From: Octopus bimaculoides
Lineage: Eukaryota
DNA: 62,245 nt
NCBI RefSeq assembly: GCF_001194135.2
Contig: NC_068992.1
Location: 60,370,351 to 60,432,595, forward strand
Reading direction: 5' to 3'
The translations under genes and the position numbers were made by a program. The notes under the pieces were generated by a model, which did not search any database, was not told the DNA's origin, and was given only the letters and a program-made list of their open reading frames with translations. Of the stretch, positions 1 through 11,829 are shown one piece after another (within the stretch, counting starts at the first letter, position 1; each line of letters starts with the position of its first letter).

Positions 1-43
<43 letters not shown>

Positions 44-93
44 AGAGAGAGAGAGAGAGAGAGAGAGATATGTATATATATATATATATATAT
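1..93. repeat. Compound (TA)n/(GA)n microsatellite
   Basis: Directly visible. Confidence 0.98.
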
Positions 94-374
94 AGTAGCT
101 ACTATCTCGTTGACGAGCATGGCCAACACTAGAAAATGATCTCAAGATTATATATTAAAGAAAATGAATTAGCTATGTCCGTGCTAACATTTAAAGTCTA
201 TAACGGCTTGCACAATGCTGGTCAGACTCAGGTACAGAGCGAAGTAGACCAGAAACAAGTAAAGGTAACATCTCCGGCTTCGCAATGAAATGGGTGTTAT
301 TCCCGAATATTCATCTCTGGAAAAGGTGTTTAAATAATAACTAGAGCTCCTTTACGTCCAATTTTTGGAGGTTG

Positions 375-640
375 GTTGTTCAGCAGCTTCATACCCAGTG
401 GTGCGTTGTGTCATTCAGCAAAAGTATTTATTTCACGTCGCTCCAGTTCACTCAGCTGGCAAAAGTAGTTGTGCTTGTAATAAAAGATACCCACCTTGTC
501 ACTTTCTGTGTCATGCAGAATGTCTGAGAACTAGATTAAGGGTTCGCCTGTCTGCGGACTGCTCAGGCTAATTTCACGGGCAGATACGTTCCATTCTTCG
601 GACCAGATGGAACAAATGCCGTCGTAACCGACGGATTACC
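375..640 (+). mobile_element. SINE family D copy (degraded)
   Basis: Shares CCAGTTCACTCAGCTGGCAAAA, CTTGTCAC..TGTGTCA.GC.GAA and GTCGTAACCGACGGA blocks with the copy at 3993-4285. Confidence 0.75.
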
Positions 641-974
641 AGTGATGGGATGTGTATGCATACGTCTATATGCTTGTGTGTATAAACGTGTGTGTTAGCA
701 TTGCTTCGAAACATTGAGAAATTTGAAAATAAGTCATCTTAAGAAGTTCAAAGTCAAATGAATCTATAAATATACAATTGCTCACAAAATATCGGGTATT
801 TGAACTCTTAGGTTTTTTTTTTATCCTTCTTCCGGATATTTTTTCCAGTATTTTATGGACCATCATTTATTTATCACGTCATTTACATCTAAGGAAAAAC
901 GCCCACACACACTTACGTACCCACACATACACATACACTAAAAAAACACAGAAAAATGTATGCATTTATGTATG

Positions 975-997
975 TATGTATATATATATAAATATGC

Positions 998-1035
<38 letters not shown>

Positions 1036-1523
1036 NNNNNNNNNNNNNNNNNNNNNNNNNNNNNNNNNNNNNNNNNNNNNNNNNNNNNNNNNNNNNNNNN
1101 NNNNNNNNNNNNNNNNNNNNNNNNNNNNNNNNNNNNNNNNNNNNNNNNNNNNNNNNNNNNNNNNNNNNNNNNNNNNNNNNNNNNNNNNNNNNNNNNNNNN
1201 NNNNNNNNNNNNNNNNNNNNNNNNNNNNNNNNNNNNNNNNNNNNNNNNNNNNNNNNNNNNNNNNNNNNNNNNNNNNNNNNNNNNNNNNNNNNNNNNNNNN
1301 NNNNNNNNNNNNNNNNNNNNNNNNNNNNNNNNNNNNNNNNNNNNNNNNNNNNNNNNNNNNNNNNNNNNNNNNNNNNNNNNNNNNNNNNNNNNNNNNNNNN
1401 NNNNNNNNNNNNNNNNNNNNNNNNNNNNNNNNNNNNNNNNNNNNNNNNNNNNNNNNNNNNNNNNNNNNNNNNNNNNNNNNNNNNNNNNNNNNNNNNNNNN
1501 NNNNNNNNNNNNNNNNNNNNNNN

Positions 1524-1555
<32 letters not shown>

Positions 1556-1560
1556 ACATG
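975..1560. repeat. (TA)n, assembly gap (N 1036-1523), (CA)n
   Basis: Directly visible; the long ORFs listed here are artefacts of Ns and dinucleotide repeats. Confidence 0.97.
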
Positions 1561-1628
1561 CACGTATGCAGGCCTGGGAACCTAGAGGTTCTATCCTTAC
1601 TACTTCGTCAATTTCTTTCAAAAGGTGC

Positions 1629-1774
1629 TGTAACACCGAAATATCTCCCGAGTTGTGTCTCGTATTTGCAGACATTATAGTTGAATCATATTAGTCATTA
1701 AGATACTGTTGTCTTGTCTTTTCTTCGCCGCATTCTCGTTTCTAATTGGATATTTAATAATTCACAACGTTACA
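1629..1774 (+). mobile_element. Possible 5' LTR remnant of the gypsy element
   Basis: TGTAAC (1629)...GTTACA (1774) inverted termini just upstream of gag. No clear PBS and no matching 3' LTR seen. Confidence 0.4.
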
Positions 1775-1871
1775 ACTTGTTTATCTTCTGCTTCTTTCAG
1801 TCGAAGGGCTCAACCGTATAAATCGACCGCGGTGTTTATTCTATCGGACTCTATTTTTACCTTGACAACAA

Positions 1872-3560
1872 TGGCAGAACAAAGCGGAGAGCTGATAAAG
1901 TTGCTCACACAACAACTTCAACTTCAAATGGAACAAATGGCAGTACACGAGCAGCAGCACAGAAAGGACATGGAAGCTTTGAGAAGGCTGATCCAAGTTC
2001 AAATTTCTGAAAAGGATTCCGGTCCCACTTCCCATTTTCCTTCTTATTCAACTGCTTTTGATTCAACATCACAACTTTGGCCTCATTTCTGGTCACCGTG
2101 GCTTCATTTCTGGTCACCTTTGTTGATTGACTTTTCTGATGCCTACAACCAGATCAATCTGGCACCAGAGAATCAACGAAGGCACTCACTGCGGAGTCAT
2201 CCTGCAACAACGACTCTCATTTGGAATTAAGTCAGCGTCTGGTCACTTCTAGGAGATCATGGATATCCTAACCAGTGATCTACCTGGAATTGCCGTCTTC
2301 GAAGACGATATGCTCGTCAGCAGGCAAGATTCCACTGACCATTTGAGCAACCTGAGGTGTTTGCTCTCTCGCCTGAATGACAAAGGGCTCAGATGCTGTC
2401 GTGAGAGCTACCTGTTCGCACAATCCAGTGTGGAATATTATGGCTACACTTTGTCGGCCGAAGGGATCTCGAAGGGATCCAAGGTCGAAGCAGTAATGAA
2501 GATGCCACCTACCTACGGACGTCTCAAGCTTAAAGTCTTTCTTGGGTCCGGTTCAGTTCTACGGGAAGTTCATCCCAAACCCGGCCACTACGGCCGAGCC
2601 GCTTCACTGCTTAACCAAGAAGGCAACTCTCTGGAAGTGGGGAGATGAGGAACGAGCAGCGTTTGAACAGTTGAAAAATATAGTTTCCTCAGGTAAATAT
2701 CCTTGTACATTTCGACCCGGACAAGCCTCCAGGACTGGCTTGTGACACGTCTAACGTTAGAATTGGAGCGGTCCTCTTTTATCACTATCCGAATAGAAGC
2801 GAGCGCCCAATTGCCAACGTGTCCAAGACTCTCACGTCTTCAGAAAGAAACTACAGCCAAATTCACATGGAAGCTCTAGCCATTATTTTTGACTTGCGGA
2901 AATTCTACTAGTACCTGTACGGACGTCAGTTCAAAGTGGTGACTGACCATTAACCACTGACGGCACTGTTCGGCCCGAAGGAAGGGACACCGCTTTTCGC
3001 AGCCAACCGACTAGCTCGATGGACCCTGTGGCTGAACGAGTTTGACTACACAATAGCGCACCGGAAACAGCGAATGATGGTCTTAGCCGCTTGCTATCCG
3101 GAGACGACAACGACTTCAACAAGGAGGAAAGTGATGAAGACATGGACATGGTGTGCACAATGAAAGTTCTGTCTTCAAGTCAAACGCGTGGACAGCAACA
3201 TCCGCCGTCAAGAGTCTGAGAGTGAAGTTCTATGTCCGCGAAGGGTGGCCACTGAAGCACACTGAGAACAATGGTGAAGTCGAAAAGTTCCGGAAGTTGT
3301 CGGATGCACTCAGTATCTACTATGGATTCCACAGAACTTACAGTCTAATATCCTAGATCTGCTGCATATCGGATACTTCGCCATGGGACGTATGAAGCAG
3401 CTGGCAAGAACTGCTGTCTACTGGCCCGGTGTTGATGCACTTATTAAGATGGATAGCGGACGATGTGACTCGTACGGCGAACATCAAAACAAGCAATCCA
3501 AGCCAATCAAATTGGTTTCAAATTTTGGCAGAAGGCCAGCAAGTTCGAGAAATTGGGTAA
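1872..3560 (+). mobile_element. Degenerate, internally deleted Ty3/gypsy LTR retrotransposon (gag N-terminus, RT, RNase H, start of integrase)
   Basis: Gag-like MAEQSGELIKLLTQQLQ...AFDSTSQLW; RT IDFSDAYNQI and AVFEDDMLVS (decayed YxDD); RNase H CDTSNV.IGAVL..HYP..SERPIANVSKTL, RNYSQI, VVTDH.PL, ANRLARWTLWL; integrase zinc-binding region MGRMKQLARTAVYWPG. Multiple stops and frameshifts. Confidence 0.93.
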
Positions 3561-3606
3561 CTCGACTGCATCATTCCCAGAGCTCAACTTGTATTTATTT
3601 AATCCT

Positions 3607-3825
3607 AAGGTGGCGAGCTGGCAGATACGTTAGTTCACTGGGTGAAATGCTTAGCGGTATTTCGTCTGTCTTTACGTTCTGAGTTCATATTCCGCCGAGG
3701 TCGACGTTGCCTTTCATCCTTTCAGGGTCGATAAATTAAGTACCAGTTCCGTACTGGGATCGATCTAATCGACTGGCCACCTCCCCTAAAATTTCGGGCC
3801 TTGTGCCTAGAGTAGAAAAGGTATT
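3607..3825 (+). mobile_element. SINE family A (tRNA-derived head GG(C/T)GGCGAGCTGGCAG...GAGTTCA.ATTCCGCCGAGGTCGAC)
   Basis: A-box and B-box-like motifs; about 20 homologous copies elsewhere in the window. Confidence 0.92.
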
Positions 3826-3945
3826 TATTTTATCCACTTCGAAAAGATGAAGGCAAAGTCGACCGCGGTGAAATTTAAACTCGGAACGAAAAGGACAAAA
3901 TGCCAATAAACATTTTGCCTGACGTGCCAACGATTCTACCAGCTC
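3826..3945 (-). mobile_element. SINE family A, 5' half, inverted relative to the adjacent copy
   Basis: Reverse complement matches the family A head. Confidence 0.85.
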
Positions 3946-3992
3946 AACACCATTCGAACTCAAAATAATATAAAATGTGCCTAAATACTGTA

Positions 3993-4285
3993 ATGTGAAG
4001 GCGCGTGGCTTAGGGTTTCCCGTATTCGTGAGTTCGATTCCAGGCGCAGCGAGATGTTCTTGAGCAAGTCTTTTTATTTCAAGTAGTTCCAGTTCACTCA
4101 GCTGGCAAAAATAAGCAACGCCTGTATCTTAAAGGGCTAATCTTGTTACACTATGTGTCACGCTGAAGGACTACTTTAAGAGTACACCTGTCTGTAGACT
4201 GTATTTGTGCGTAAGTTTCACGAGCAGGCTGTTCCGTTGATCTGATCAAATGGCATCCTCATCGTCGTAACCGACGGAGTACCGT
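3993..4285 (+). mobile_element. SINE family D (tRNA-derived)
   Basis: GGCGCGTGGCTTAG...GAGTTCGATTCC head, TTCTTGAGCAAG linker, body shared with 375-640. Confidence 0.8.
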
Positions 4286-4513
4286 TTTCTTTTATATATA
4301 ATCCATAATATGTTTATTTTTTTTATTAGTTTACTAGAGGAGAACCAAAAGGCCCATGGAAGAGTTCTCCATATAAGGAAGTTAATGTAACGTATCTTAA
4401 CAATCATGGAACGAAGACAACGAAGGTTTAGTCAATTTGCTCGACTAAAGCTTTTATGACCGTGCTCCAGCCTGGCCGCAATCTAACGACTGAAATTTTT
4501 GAAAACAATAAAT

Positions 4514-4655
4514 GATATACATACATACATACGTACATACATACATACATACATACTTACATACATACGTACATGCATCCATACACACACATACATACAC
4601 ACACATACACACACATACACACACAGAGACCCACACAAGCACAGAAGTATATACA
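4514..4655. repeat. (CATA)n/(CA)n microsatellite
   Basis: Directly visible. Confidence 0.95.
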
Positions 4656-5152
4656 TATACACGACAACAAATACAGACGGATATATGCGTATGCACACAA
4701 AGGAAAAGATCATTCATGGTGTTTAAGTCTACATTATATTCTGAATTATGAAATACTTTATTGAAAAATATATACACAAATACTCAAGCATCAAGTTATT
4801 CGATAATGATTATCGCAAATGTCTGTTACTCCAGTAGAAGAGAGGAAAAACAGAACGACTCTAGTTTACTTTGTCATTACGTAACTCTATTGGTAATGGT
4901 TATTTAATATATCCGGGTCTTCTTTTTTTCTTTTTCTCTAATATATTTATTAATGTATTTCTCAAATGTGTAAACAACATAAAAACCAAGTTATGCTTGT
5001 GACGTAGCATAAATATTAAAAAGGAAGACAAACAAATAGAATAATACAATAATAGAATTTCACATGTCTCTCCATCATAGAGGTTCTTATTGGCTATGCC
5101 AAAATAGACCGTTGCCACAACTGCAACCAGCAATAATAATACTAACCGTTTC

Positions 5153-5356
5153 TGAGTACAAGGCGTGAAATTTTGGGGGAAGAGGATCGCCAAATACATG
5201 GAGCATAGTGCGCATTTGGTACTTATTTTATCGACCACGACAGGTTCCAAAACCAAAGACAGCCTCGGAGGAAATCGAACTCAGAACATAAAGACGGACG
5301 AAGTGCTGCAAAGCATTTTGTCCGAAGGGCTAAAGATTCTGTCAGGTCAGCGCTTT
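5153..5356 (-). mobile_element. SINE family A (diverged)
   Basis: Reverse-complement match to family A. Confidence 0.8.
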
Positions 5357-5445
5357 AATAACGATAATGATGATGATGATGGTGATAATTAGTAATAATT
5401 ATAATAATAATAATAATGATAATAATAATAATAATAATAATAATA

Positions 5446-5930
5446 GGCTAATCGTCCAGATATAGTCATTAAAGGAGAAGAAGAAAATACCTGTAGAGTA
5501 ATAGATGTAAGTGTTCCCACTGATAAAAATATATTTGTAAAGGTGTTTGACAAATTAAATAAACATAAGAATCTGGAAATTGAAATACAAAAGGTGTGGC
5601 ATCTTAAAGCGAGAACTGTTCCTGTTATTGTAGGTGCCATTAGTATGGTGAGAAAGGGGTGTCAGAAGAATCTAGAGAATATCGCAGGGGAATCATGTTT
5701 CAGCGAAATCCAAATGACTGTGCTGACATGTATTACCCACATCATTAGAAAAGCCATATCAATTTAAATGTGTGTGTTGTATTTACAAGAAGATATTTCG
5801 CTACTGCCCCTGTCACTTGCCCTCCCCAAGATTTCAGTCAAACTGTAACATCTCTCATCCTTCGATCGCCCCAGGATGCTGGGTGTGTCTCGGCGAGTGA
5901 TTGTAACAAACATGCAGATTAAAGGAAAGT
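5446..5930 (+). mobile_element. 5'-truncated R4/Dong-like non-LTR retrotransposon (restriction-like endonuclease C-terminus plus 3' UTR)
   Basis: Frame from 5447: ANRPDIVIK...VIDVSVPTDKNI...KLNKHKNLEIEIQKVWHLKARTVPVIVGAIS...IIRKAISI* (stop at 5767); flanked by (TAA)n on the left and (CAA)n(TAA)n on the right. Confidence 0.85.
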
Positions 5931-5999
5931 AAGTAATGATAACAACAACAAAAACAACAACAACAACAACAACAACAACAATAATAATAGTAATAATAA

Positions 6000-6060
6000 A
6001 TGCCCTGATGCTGTACCAGGCAGTGACTCTCATGGCTTCTTTTCTTAAATGATTGGAAGC
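6000..6060 (-). mobile_element. SINE-like family C, 3' fragment with (TTA)n tail
   Basis: Matches 8306-8370. Confidence 0.75.
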
Positions 6061-6733
6061 TAATAACAACTGAGAAACTGCTAGGTTTGGGGTTAGGGTT
6101 AGGGACCTCTCCCTCAAAATCGGATACTGTCTCTGTCTTGTAATTAGTCACCCCTCCCTGCAACCGTCACTTCTACCATTCTCTCTTACTGGCCACTTTT
6201 CTCTCTCTCCAGATTTTTTGCTTGTTCCTTCCTATGCAGTAATGTTAAAACTAACACGGCAGTATTTTATGCACATTTTATTGCTTAAAATAATTGATAA
6301 CGCCTCAAAATCTTGCCGTTTATTACATGAACAACAAATATTTACACATCATTACTACAATATTTACAACATTACTAATTATTGACATATTTATACATAA
6401 TCCCATCCTGCTTTCATTCTCTAATTCCAACATCTTTTCCGATAATATTGTCCTATTTTATTTGTTATTTTAATTCTCAACAAGATGCCGTCATGGTGGA
6501 TTTCGAAGTAGCTAAAGCCAGAAATCGTATTAGGTAAACATTGGGTTAAAAACCTTTCGGACAGGAAAAGCTCGAGGACTCAAACGCTCTACTATTGAAC
6601 AAAAGTAATCTTTCAAATATCTCAATCGATTTTAGAAATTCGAAGGATTCCTGTACTACATTTACACACTATTATTTATAGTACTATCTGCTTCGAGATC
6701 CACTGCTCCAAAAAAAAAAAACAGAATTATATC

Positions 6734-6780
<47 letters not shown>

Positions 6781-6783
<3 letters not shown>

Positions 6784-6935
6784 GAAATTTACTGAAAAAC
6801 AAAGGACGAAGACAGGTGTATGAACAACAAGCAGGTGTATTAGTTTGACGCTCGGGAAAGTGAGAGAGTATTTTTCGTTTCGAGCCTATGGTCTTCGGAA
6901 GAAACGAATAAGAGAAAATAAACAGACAGAGAATA
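6781..6935 (-). mobile_element. Short PLE-type terminal repeat, family H2 (degraded hammerhead-like motif), abutting (TA)n 6733-6780
   Basis: Homologous to 41640-41815 and 60860-60960. Confidence 0.7.
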
Positions 6936-7220
6936 TATACGCAGTTGTCCCAAATGACACAAAGTTAATTCCAACAGACAAGCTAATATGCCATATTTGT
7001 AAGGTAAGTCTAACGCTGGTCTAAGACAGCATTTTAATATCCTTAAATTGTAGAAGACAAAGAAAACTGTGCCACTTGAGGTGAGCCATATTTGCAGTTT
7101 GGAATTGAAAACTGAAACAAATCTTGGAACTCGAAAGCAACTTACGTGGCCATATAATACATCTAACAAGGAGCGGTCAAGCTTTGAGTAAGAGCAAACT
7201 ACTTCTATACCACTATTCAT

Positions 7221-7313
7221 GTATGTACACACACATACATACACAAACACACACACAAACACACACACTCACATACACACGCACGCACACGCACGCACGC
7301 ACGCACACGCACG

Positions 7314-7350
<37 letters not shown>

Positions 7351-7365
7351 ACACACACACACATA
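7221..7365. repeat. (CA)n/(CACG)n microsatellite
   Basis: Directly visible. Confidence 0.95.
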
Positions 7366-8229
7366 TGACTCTTCATATGCATATACACTCATGTTCCTCT
7401 CGTTCAAAGTTATGCTGTCGGCACATTATTAGTTAATTTGTAGAATGACAAACGCAGGTCAGTCAGCAACGTATGTTAGTGTCAATAATTTTTATCTATC
7501 AATTCCCATGTCCCAGGCAATTTAACATGAACCTCTATGGCCCATGAACAAATAAATGTCAAATGCCAACCAGTAAAATCCTTCGCGTTATTCCAATCGA
7601 TAGAGGTTATTAATATTCTTGTCATTGTGAAGTCCCATTAATATCAGAATATCAGCCACTTCAGATAACGCAGGGAAAATAACCGCAAAAAACAAATAAA
7701 TAAATAAATGCTAACTAGTTTCTTTTTAGATTTTAATTAATCAATAAATGACGACATATTATATGAGGGAAGCAAGAGAAGAATAACGTTTGTTTTAGTT
7801 TATTGTATTTTAGTTTCTCATTTAATTTTTGTCTATTTTTGTTTTCAATGAACATGTAGAATGATATGGCGGTTGAAAAGAAAAATCAAGGAATGGAAAG
7901 GAGCAGCCAAGATCTTGGAATGCGACACACATAAACGAAACACACACACACACACAACATACACACACAAATAAATAAATAAATAAATAAATAAATAAAA
8001 TAGGAGTAAAGTAATACGTTAATGTGGAAAATAAATTTGTTTATGGTCCGCAAGATTAGTTAATTGAGAATGTTGATGCCTCTCAGCCGCACTGCCATTT
8101 TGTAGTATCGTTATAAAGGGGCAGCAGCCGCAGCAGCTGCAGCAGCAAGAATAACAGCAGCAACAATAAAAAAAAAACAAGACTGGATACAACCGAATCC
8201 AAATACACTTTTACCGTTAATGTAACAGT

Positions 8230-8246
8230 GCAACAACAACAACAAC

Positions 8247-8310
<64 letters not shown>

Positions 8311-8560
8311 CCCGGATGCAGTACCAGGCAGTGGCTCTCATGGATTCTGATCTTAATTGATTGGAAGTGTTATGATGTACATTGTTTTGTCTTGGTATAA
8401 AAAGATGGGCTACAGCAAATATTTTGCTTAATACCACAGATTTGCTTGTCAGTTGTTTGACCTTAACCAGTTGAGCATGTCCCTTGGTGGCTGACGATAT
8501 GTGCATCTCTGATCATGAGCAGAAGTAGCGGGGGAGCATCATAGCCATGTGTTGAGAGGA
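8230..8560 (-). mobile_element. SINE-like family C with long (TTA)n/(TTG)n tail
   Basis: Body 8306-8560 ends (minus strand) ...CTGGTACTGCATCCGGGCAT followed by the tail repeat; second copy at about 6000. Confidence 0.75.
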
Positions 8561-9039
8561 CCATATCTTACCTATGTCGAAAGAAACGGTACAACAACAA
8601 TAACAGCAACAAAATCAACAGCAATAGGAACGTGGAGCAATATCTGCAGTATGAAAATCTCTGCAATTCTCAAGGATCGAAAACGGGTCAGAGAGTTTGA
8701 AAACGTTGCAACTTATATATATATGTTATTTACACACAACAATGGTGGACAAGATTCAGAATGAACGACTAATAACGACATGTAAAATAGTAATTGCTTG
8801 TTTGAAACACAAAAAGGACAAATATCGTCTTGTTAATTAAGCTTAATAACCACGAACTAATTAAATTATCGTAAAATGCTGAAATCAATAATTAGTTTTC
8901 TTCCAAACCGCCTAAATATATATGCGTTACATTTATCTACATATGAGCAATTGACTATCGAAACCTTCTAACTGGCGATATGTTCCCACCTTCGCAATCA
9001 CGGGCAATCTTTGATGTTGAATATATATTACAGGGTCTT

Positions 9040-9788
9040 ACAGAAAAACATTACATATTTTAATGGCCTTTGATATAGCGCTAGTAAAGTTAAGCAGGCA
9101 GAGAATAATATCCTCGTGTATCCACCTAACTTCGAATCTTACTCTGCTAGGGACAGCAACAGAGAAGCACTGGATTGAGAGGAATTGGCCTCCAAGATCC
9201 GACTTCAAACCTGGTGATCCCAACATTCTACATGAGCCACTTGTTAACATAAAAATAATTATATTCTCAGCTCTACACGTGAAGGTCATAGAGGAACGGT
9301 GTCAGGGTAGATGGGATGTAAATATGATGGCTGACTATCGCTAGAGAATAAAGTGTATTTGGCCCGGTCGTCATCCAGAGATTGCTTATACACAAAGCCA
9401 GATGCAAAACAGAAGGTGGGATAAGGGGGAAAACCGAACGGTAATTGAATGCTGGTTCACACCAAGAAATACTATAAGCGTAAATTTTTACCTTAACTAC
9501 TTGCACACAATTTGACTCACAGCAACAAGATCTTTTGAAGGAACGTACAAACATTATAGTCAAGTAATGTTTTATTATCTTCCATTTTATGTAAATTTTA
9601 AAACCATTCTATAAGTACAAATTTGTTAGGTGTGGTATTTTTATGACCTTTGAAACAAAGCAAGGGTATCCTGTAGCTCAAAATTTGACATGATGTAGAA
9701 GAACTGAAGTCCATTTCGGATTCAGAGGTCAAAAGATAGTCAAAAACAAGTGTCAGATTTAACTCAACGAAAATTGTAATGTCCAGTG
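9040..9788 (+). mobile_element. Chapaev3-like (CMC superfamily) DNA transposon relic, internally deleted
   Basis: ATEKHWIERNWPPRSDFKPGDPNILHEPLVNIKIIIFSALHVK matches the WDSR..HW...WP.R..L.PG..N....PLV...KII.PPLHIKLG transposase block; ends in ...TCCAGTG (CACTGG terminus). Family assignment is from recall. Confidence 0.65.
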
Positions 9789-9879
9789 TAATAGCATAAA
9801 AGTGGAAAATCTGACAATATTTCTGATTTTATATGTAAAATGACTCTTTCAAAGTATAACAACACTCATATCAACATTG

Positions 9880-10085
9880 ATTTTAGTACAGGGCCAGCAA
9901 GTTTGGGGGAAGGGTTAAGTTGATTATATCGACCTCAATGCTCAACTGGTACTTATTCTATCGACCCCGAGAGGGGTGAAGGGTAAAGTCGACCTCAGCG
10001 GAATTTGAATTCAGAACCTAAAGACGGCGAAATGCCGCTAAGCATTTTGCCCGGCAATCTAACGATTCTTCCAGCTCGCCGCCTT
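9880..10085 (-). mobile_element. SINE family A
   Basis: Reverse-complement match to family A, ends CAGCTCGCCGCCTT. Confidence 0.9.
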
Positions 10086-10354
10086 AAACATTGATATTAA
10101 TATTCAGTATATCGAAACAGCAGGGAAAATCTATGCATTACAGATATCAGAGGGGAAAACGTTATACCACTAACCCGAACAACACTTAAATTACTGATAC
10201 ATTAGGTAGCTAAACATACTGAAGATTTTCCCCACTGGAATCCGATGATATCGCATGGAAATCACATTGGCAAACTGTAGCATTCACTCCAAAGATTAGA
10301 GATCCATTTCAGGAGCTAAACATCAAGAATTTTAGAAAATTACTCATGGGTGTG

Positions 10355-10649
10355 TGTCGGAACTGCCGAAGATTTTAGGTCTCTAAAATCTTCTCACCGA
10401 AGATTTTAGGTCACAAAACTACGCCATCCGGCTAATTATCAAATCTTCATTTACCTATACAATAAACATAGTGCTCTTCGTATCGACTACTGTACTGATA
10501 CAATAAAGGTTTCTGTTTACATGAACCTGCAAGGAACATCTCACCGTTATATAATCCTACCTCCACTCTTCCGCCATCATTGCTCTGTATTGAATAAACC
10601 GTTGTTTAGTTTTTCCTACTGAGATGGTAAGCCTCTCAAAGTCTCTACA
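10355..10649 (+). mobile_element. Possible solo LTR
   Basis: TGT...ACA termini, TATA-like TTATATAA followed by AATAAA; no TSD found. Confidence 0.35.
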
Positions 10650-10907
10650 TCTGTTGATGTTTATTCATAATAGCCTCAATTTACAAAAAAAAAACATGTT
10701 TAACATTAAATAGCTGTGACTTCATCATTTTGGAATGTCTGAAAAATTCGTAGCTACCTCCACTCATTCTCCGACTACAAAGTAAAAAACTACATCAGAG
10801 CAATGGAAAACATTTTAGATTTTAGAAAGCAAAAATAGTATTGAAACAGTAAATCAATTTATTTAATCAATAGCTGTCCTAAGATAACACGATACATTCG
10901 GACTTAC

Positions 10908-10971
10908 CTTCAAACGTCAAATAAACATCGACATATACGGAAACATACTGTAATGGCATTAAAGAAGACGG
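10908..10971 (-). CDS. Candidate internal exon of an unidentified minus-strand gene (PSSLMPLQYVSVYVDVYLTFE)
   Basis: Strong acceptor tttgtctttattctttctag and consensus donor GAAG|gtaagt; one frame fully open over 64 nt. No recognised homology. Confidence 0.35.
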
Positions 10972-11829
10972 CTAGAAAGAATAAAGACAAATCGATACAA
11001 AGCAAGGTGGTGAATTTGCAGCGTCGTTAGTGTTGGGGGAAATTCATTCGTGTTAATTAATGCGACGCTCTGAGGTCAATTCCTAGTGAGTTTAACTTTA
11101 TTTTATCTCGCTTCGATGAAAACCAAAGTTGATAAGAATGGAGTACCAGTTGAGTATTGTACTTGAACCAAATGTTATCTCTTTCTTTTCATCTATAAAT
11201 CATCTATTTGAAGGGACAGAAAGATCGTTCCCGCCATGATATTATGGGGGAACGACAATATATGAATTAAACAAAATAATCTTAAAATATGAATATGATG
11301 TAATAGCACCAGATAGAAAATGTAGCATCAAAAAATAAGCATTTACTGAAATATCAGAGAGAGAGAGAGAGAGAGAACGATCGCAAAACGAATTATCAGA
11401 AAAGGTTTACGTTTGAAGGGGAAAAAAGCATGAACGCTTCTTTAAATAGAAGGAACGATTTATAAGAAGAACGGTGATAACATTATATAGAAGATAAAAT
11501 AAATCAAACATAATAGATATTAGAATCAGCTCCAAAACTAGAAATAGAGCTATATTGGGATGAGTTATGATGAAAATGTCAGCTACAGCAATAATATAAA
11601 TAAATAAATAATGATAATGGAAGAAAAAGATTGAAGGAAAGAGTAGGAAATAGAAGAACAAGAATAACAGAATATATCAAGTGATGAATGAACTTAATAT
11701 TGAAAGTACAGAGTAACAGAAAAACTATAGAAAATTGTAGATTGTCAAACATTTGACAGAAATATCTTACGAATACACATATGGTACTGTCTTTCAATAA
11801 ACTGATGACGCAACAACGAGTAAACCTGT

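Noticed and set aside
778-1694. Long ORFs of 200-300 aa (also 55196-55727, 58881-59680, 60142-60909)
   Set aside because: They span N-gaps and dinucleotide repeats ([12 protein letters not shown]), so they are artefacts.
6487-7110. Several small plus- and minus-strand pseudo-exons (e.g. AVMVDFEVAKARNRI, ...LICHICK)
   Set aside because: They need an implausibly short 50-nt intron or borrow splice sites from repeats, and give no coherent protein.
8572-8643. Minus-strand exon encoding a transmembrane-like YCSTFLLLLILLLLLLLYRFFRH
   Set aside because: The hydrophobic run comes from a (TTG)n-like repeat; good splice signals alone are common by chance.
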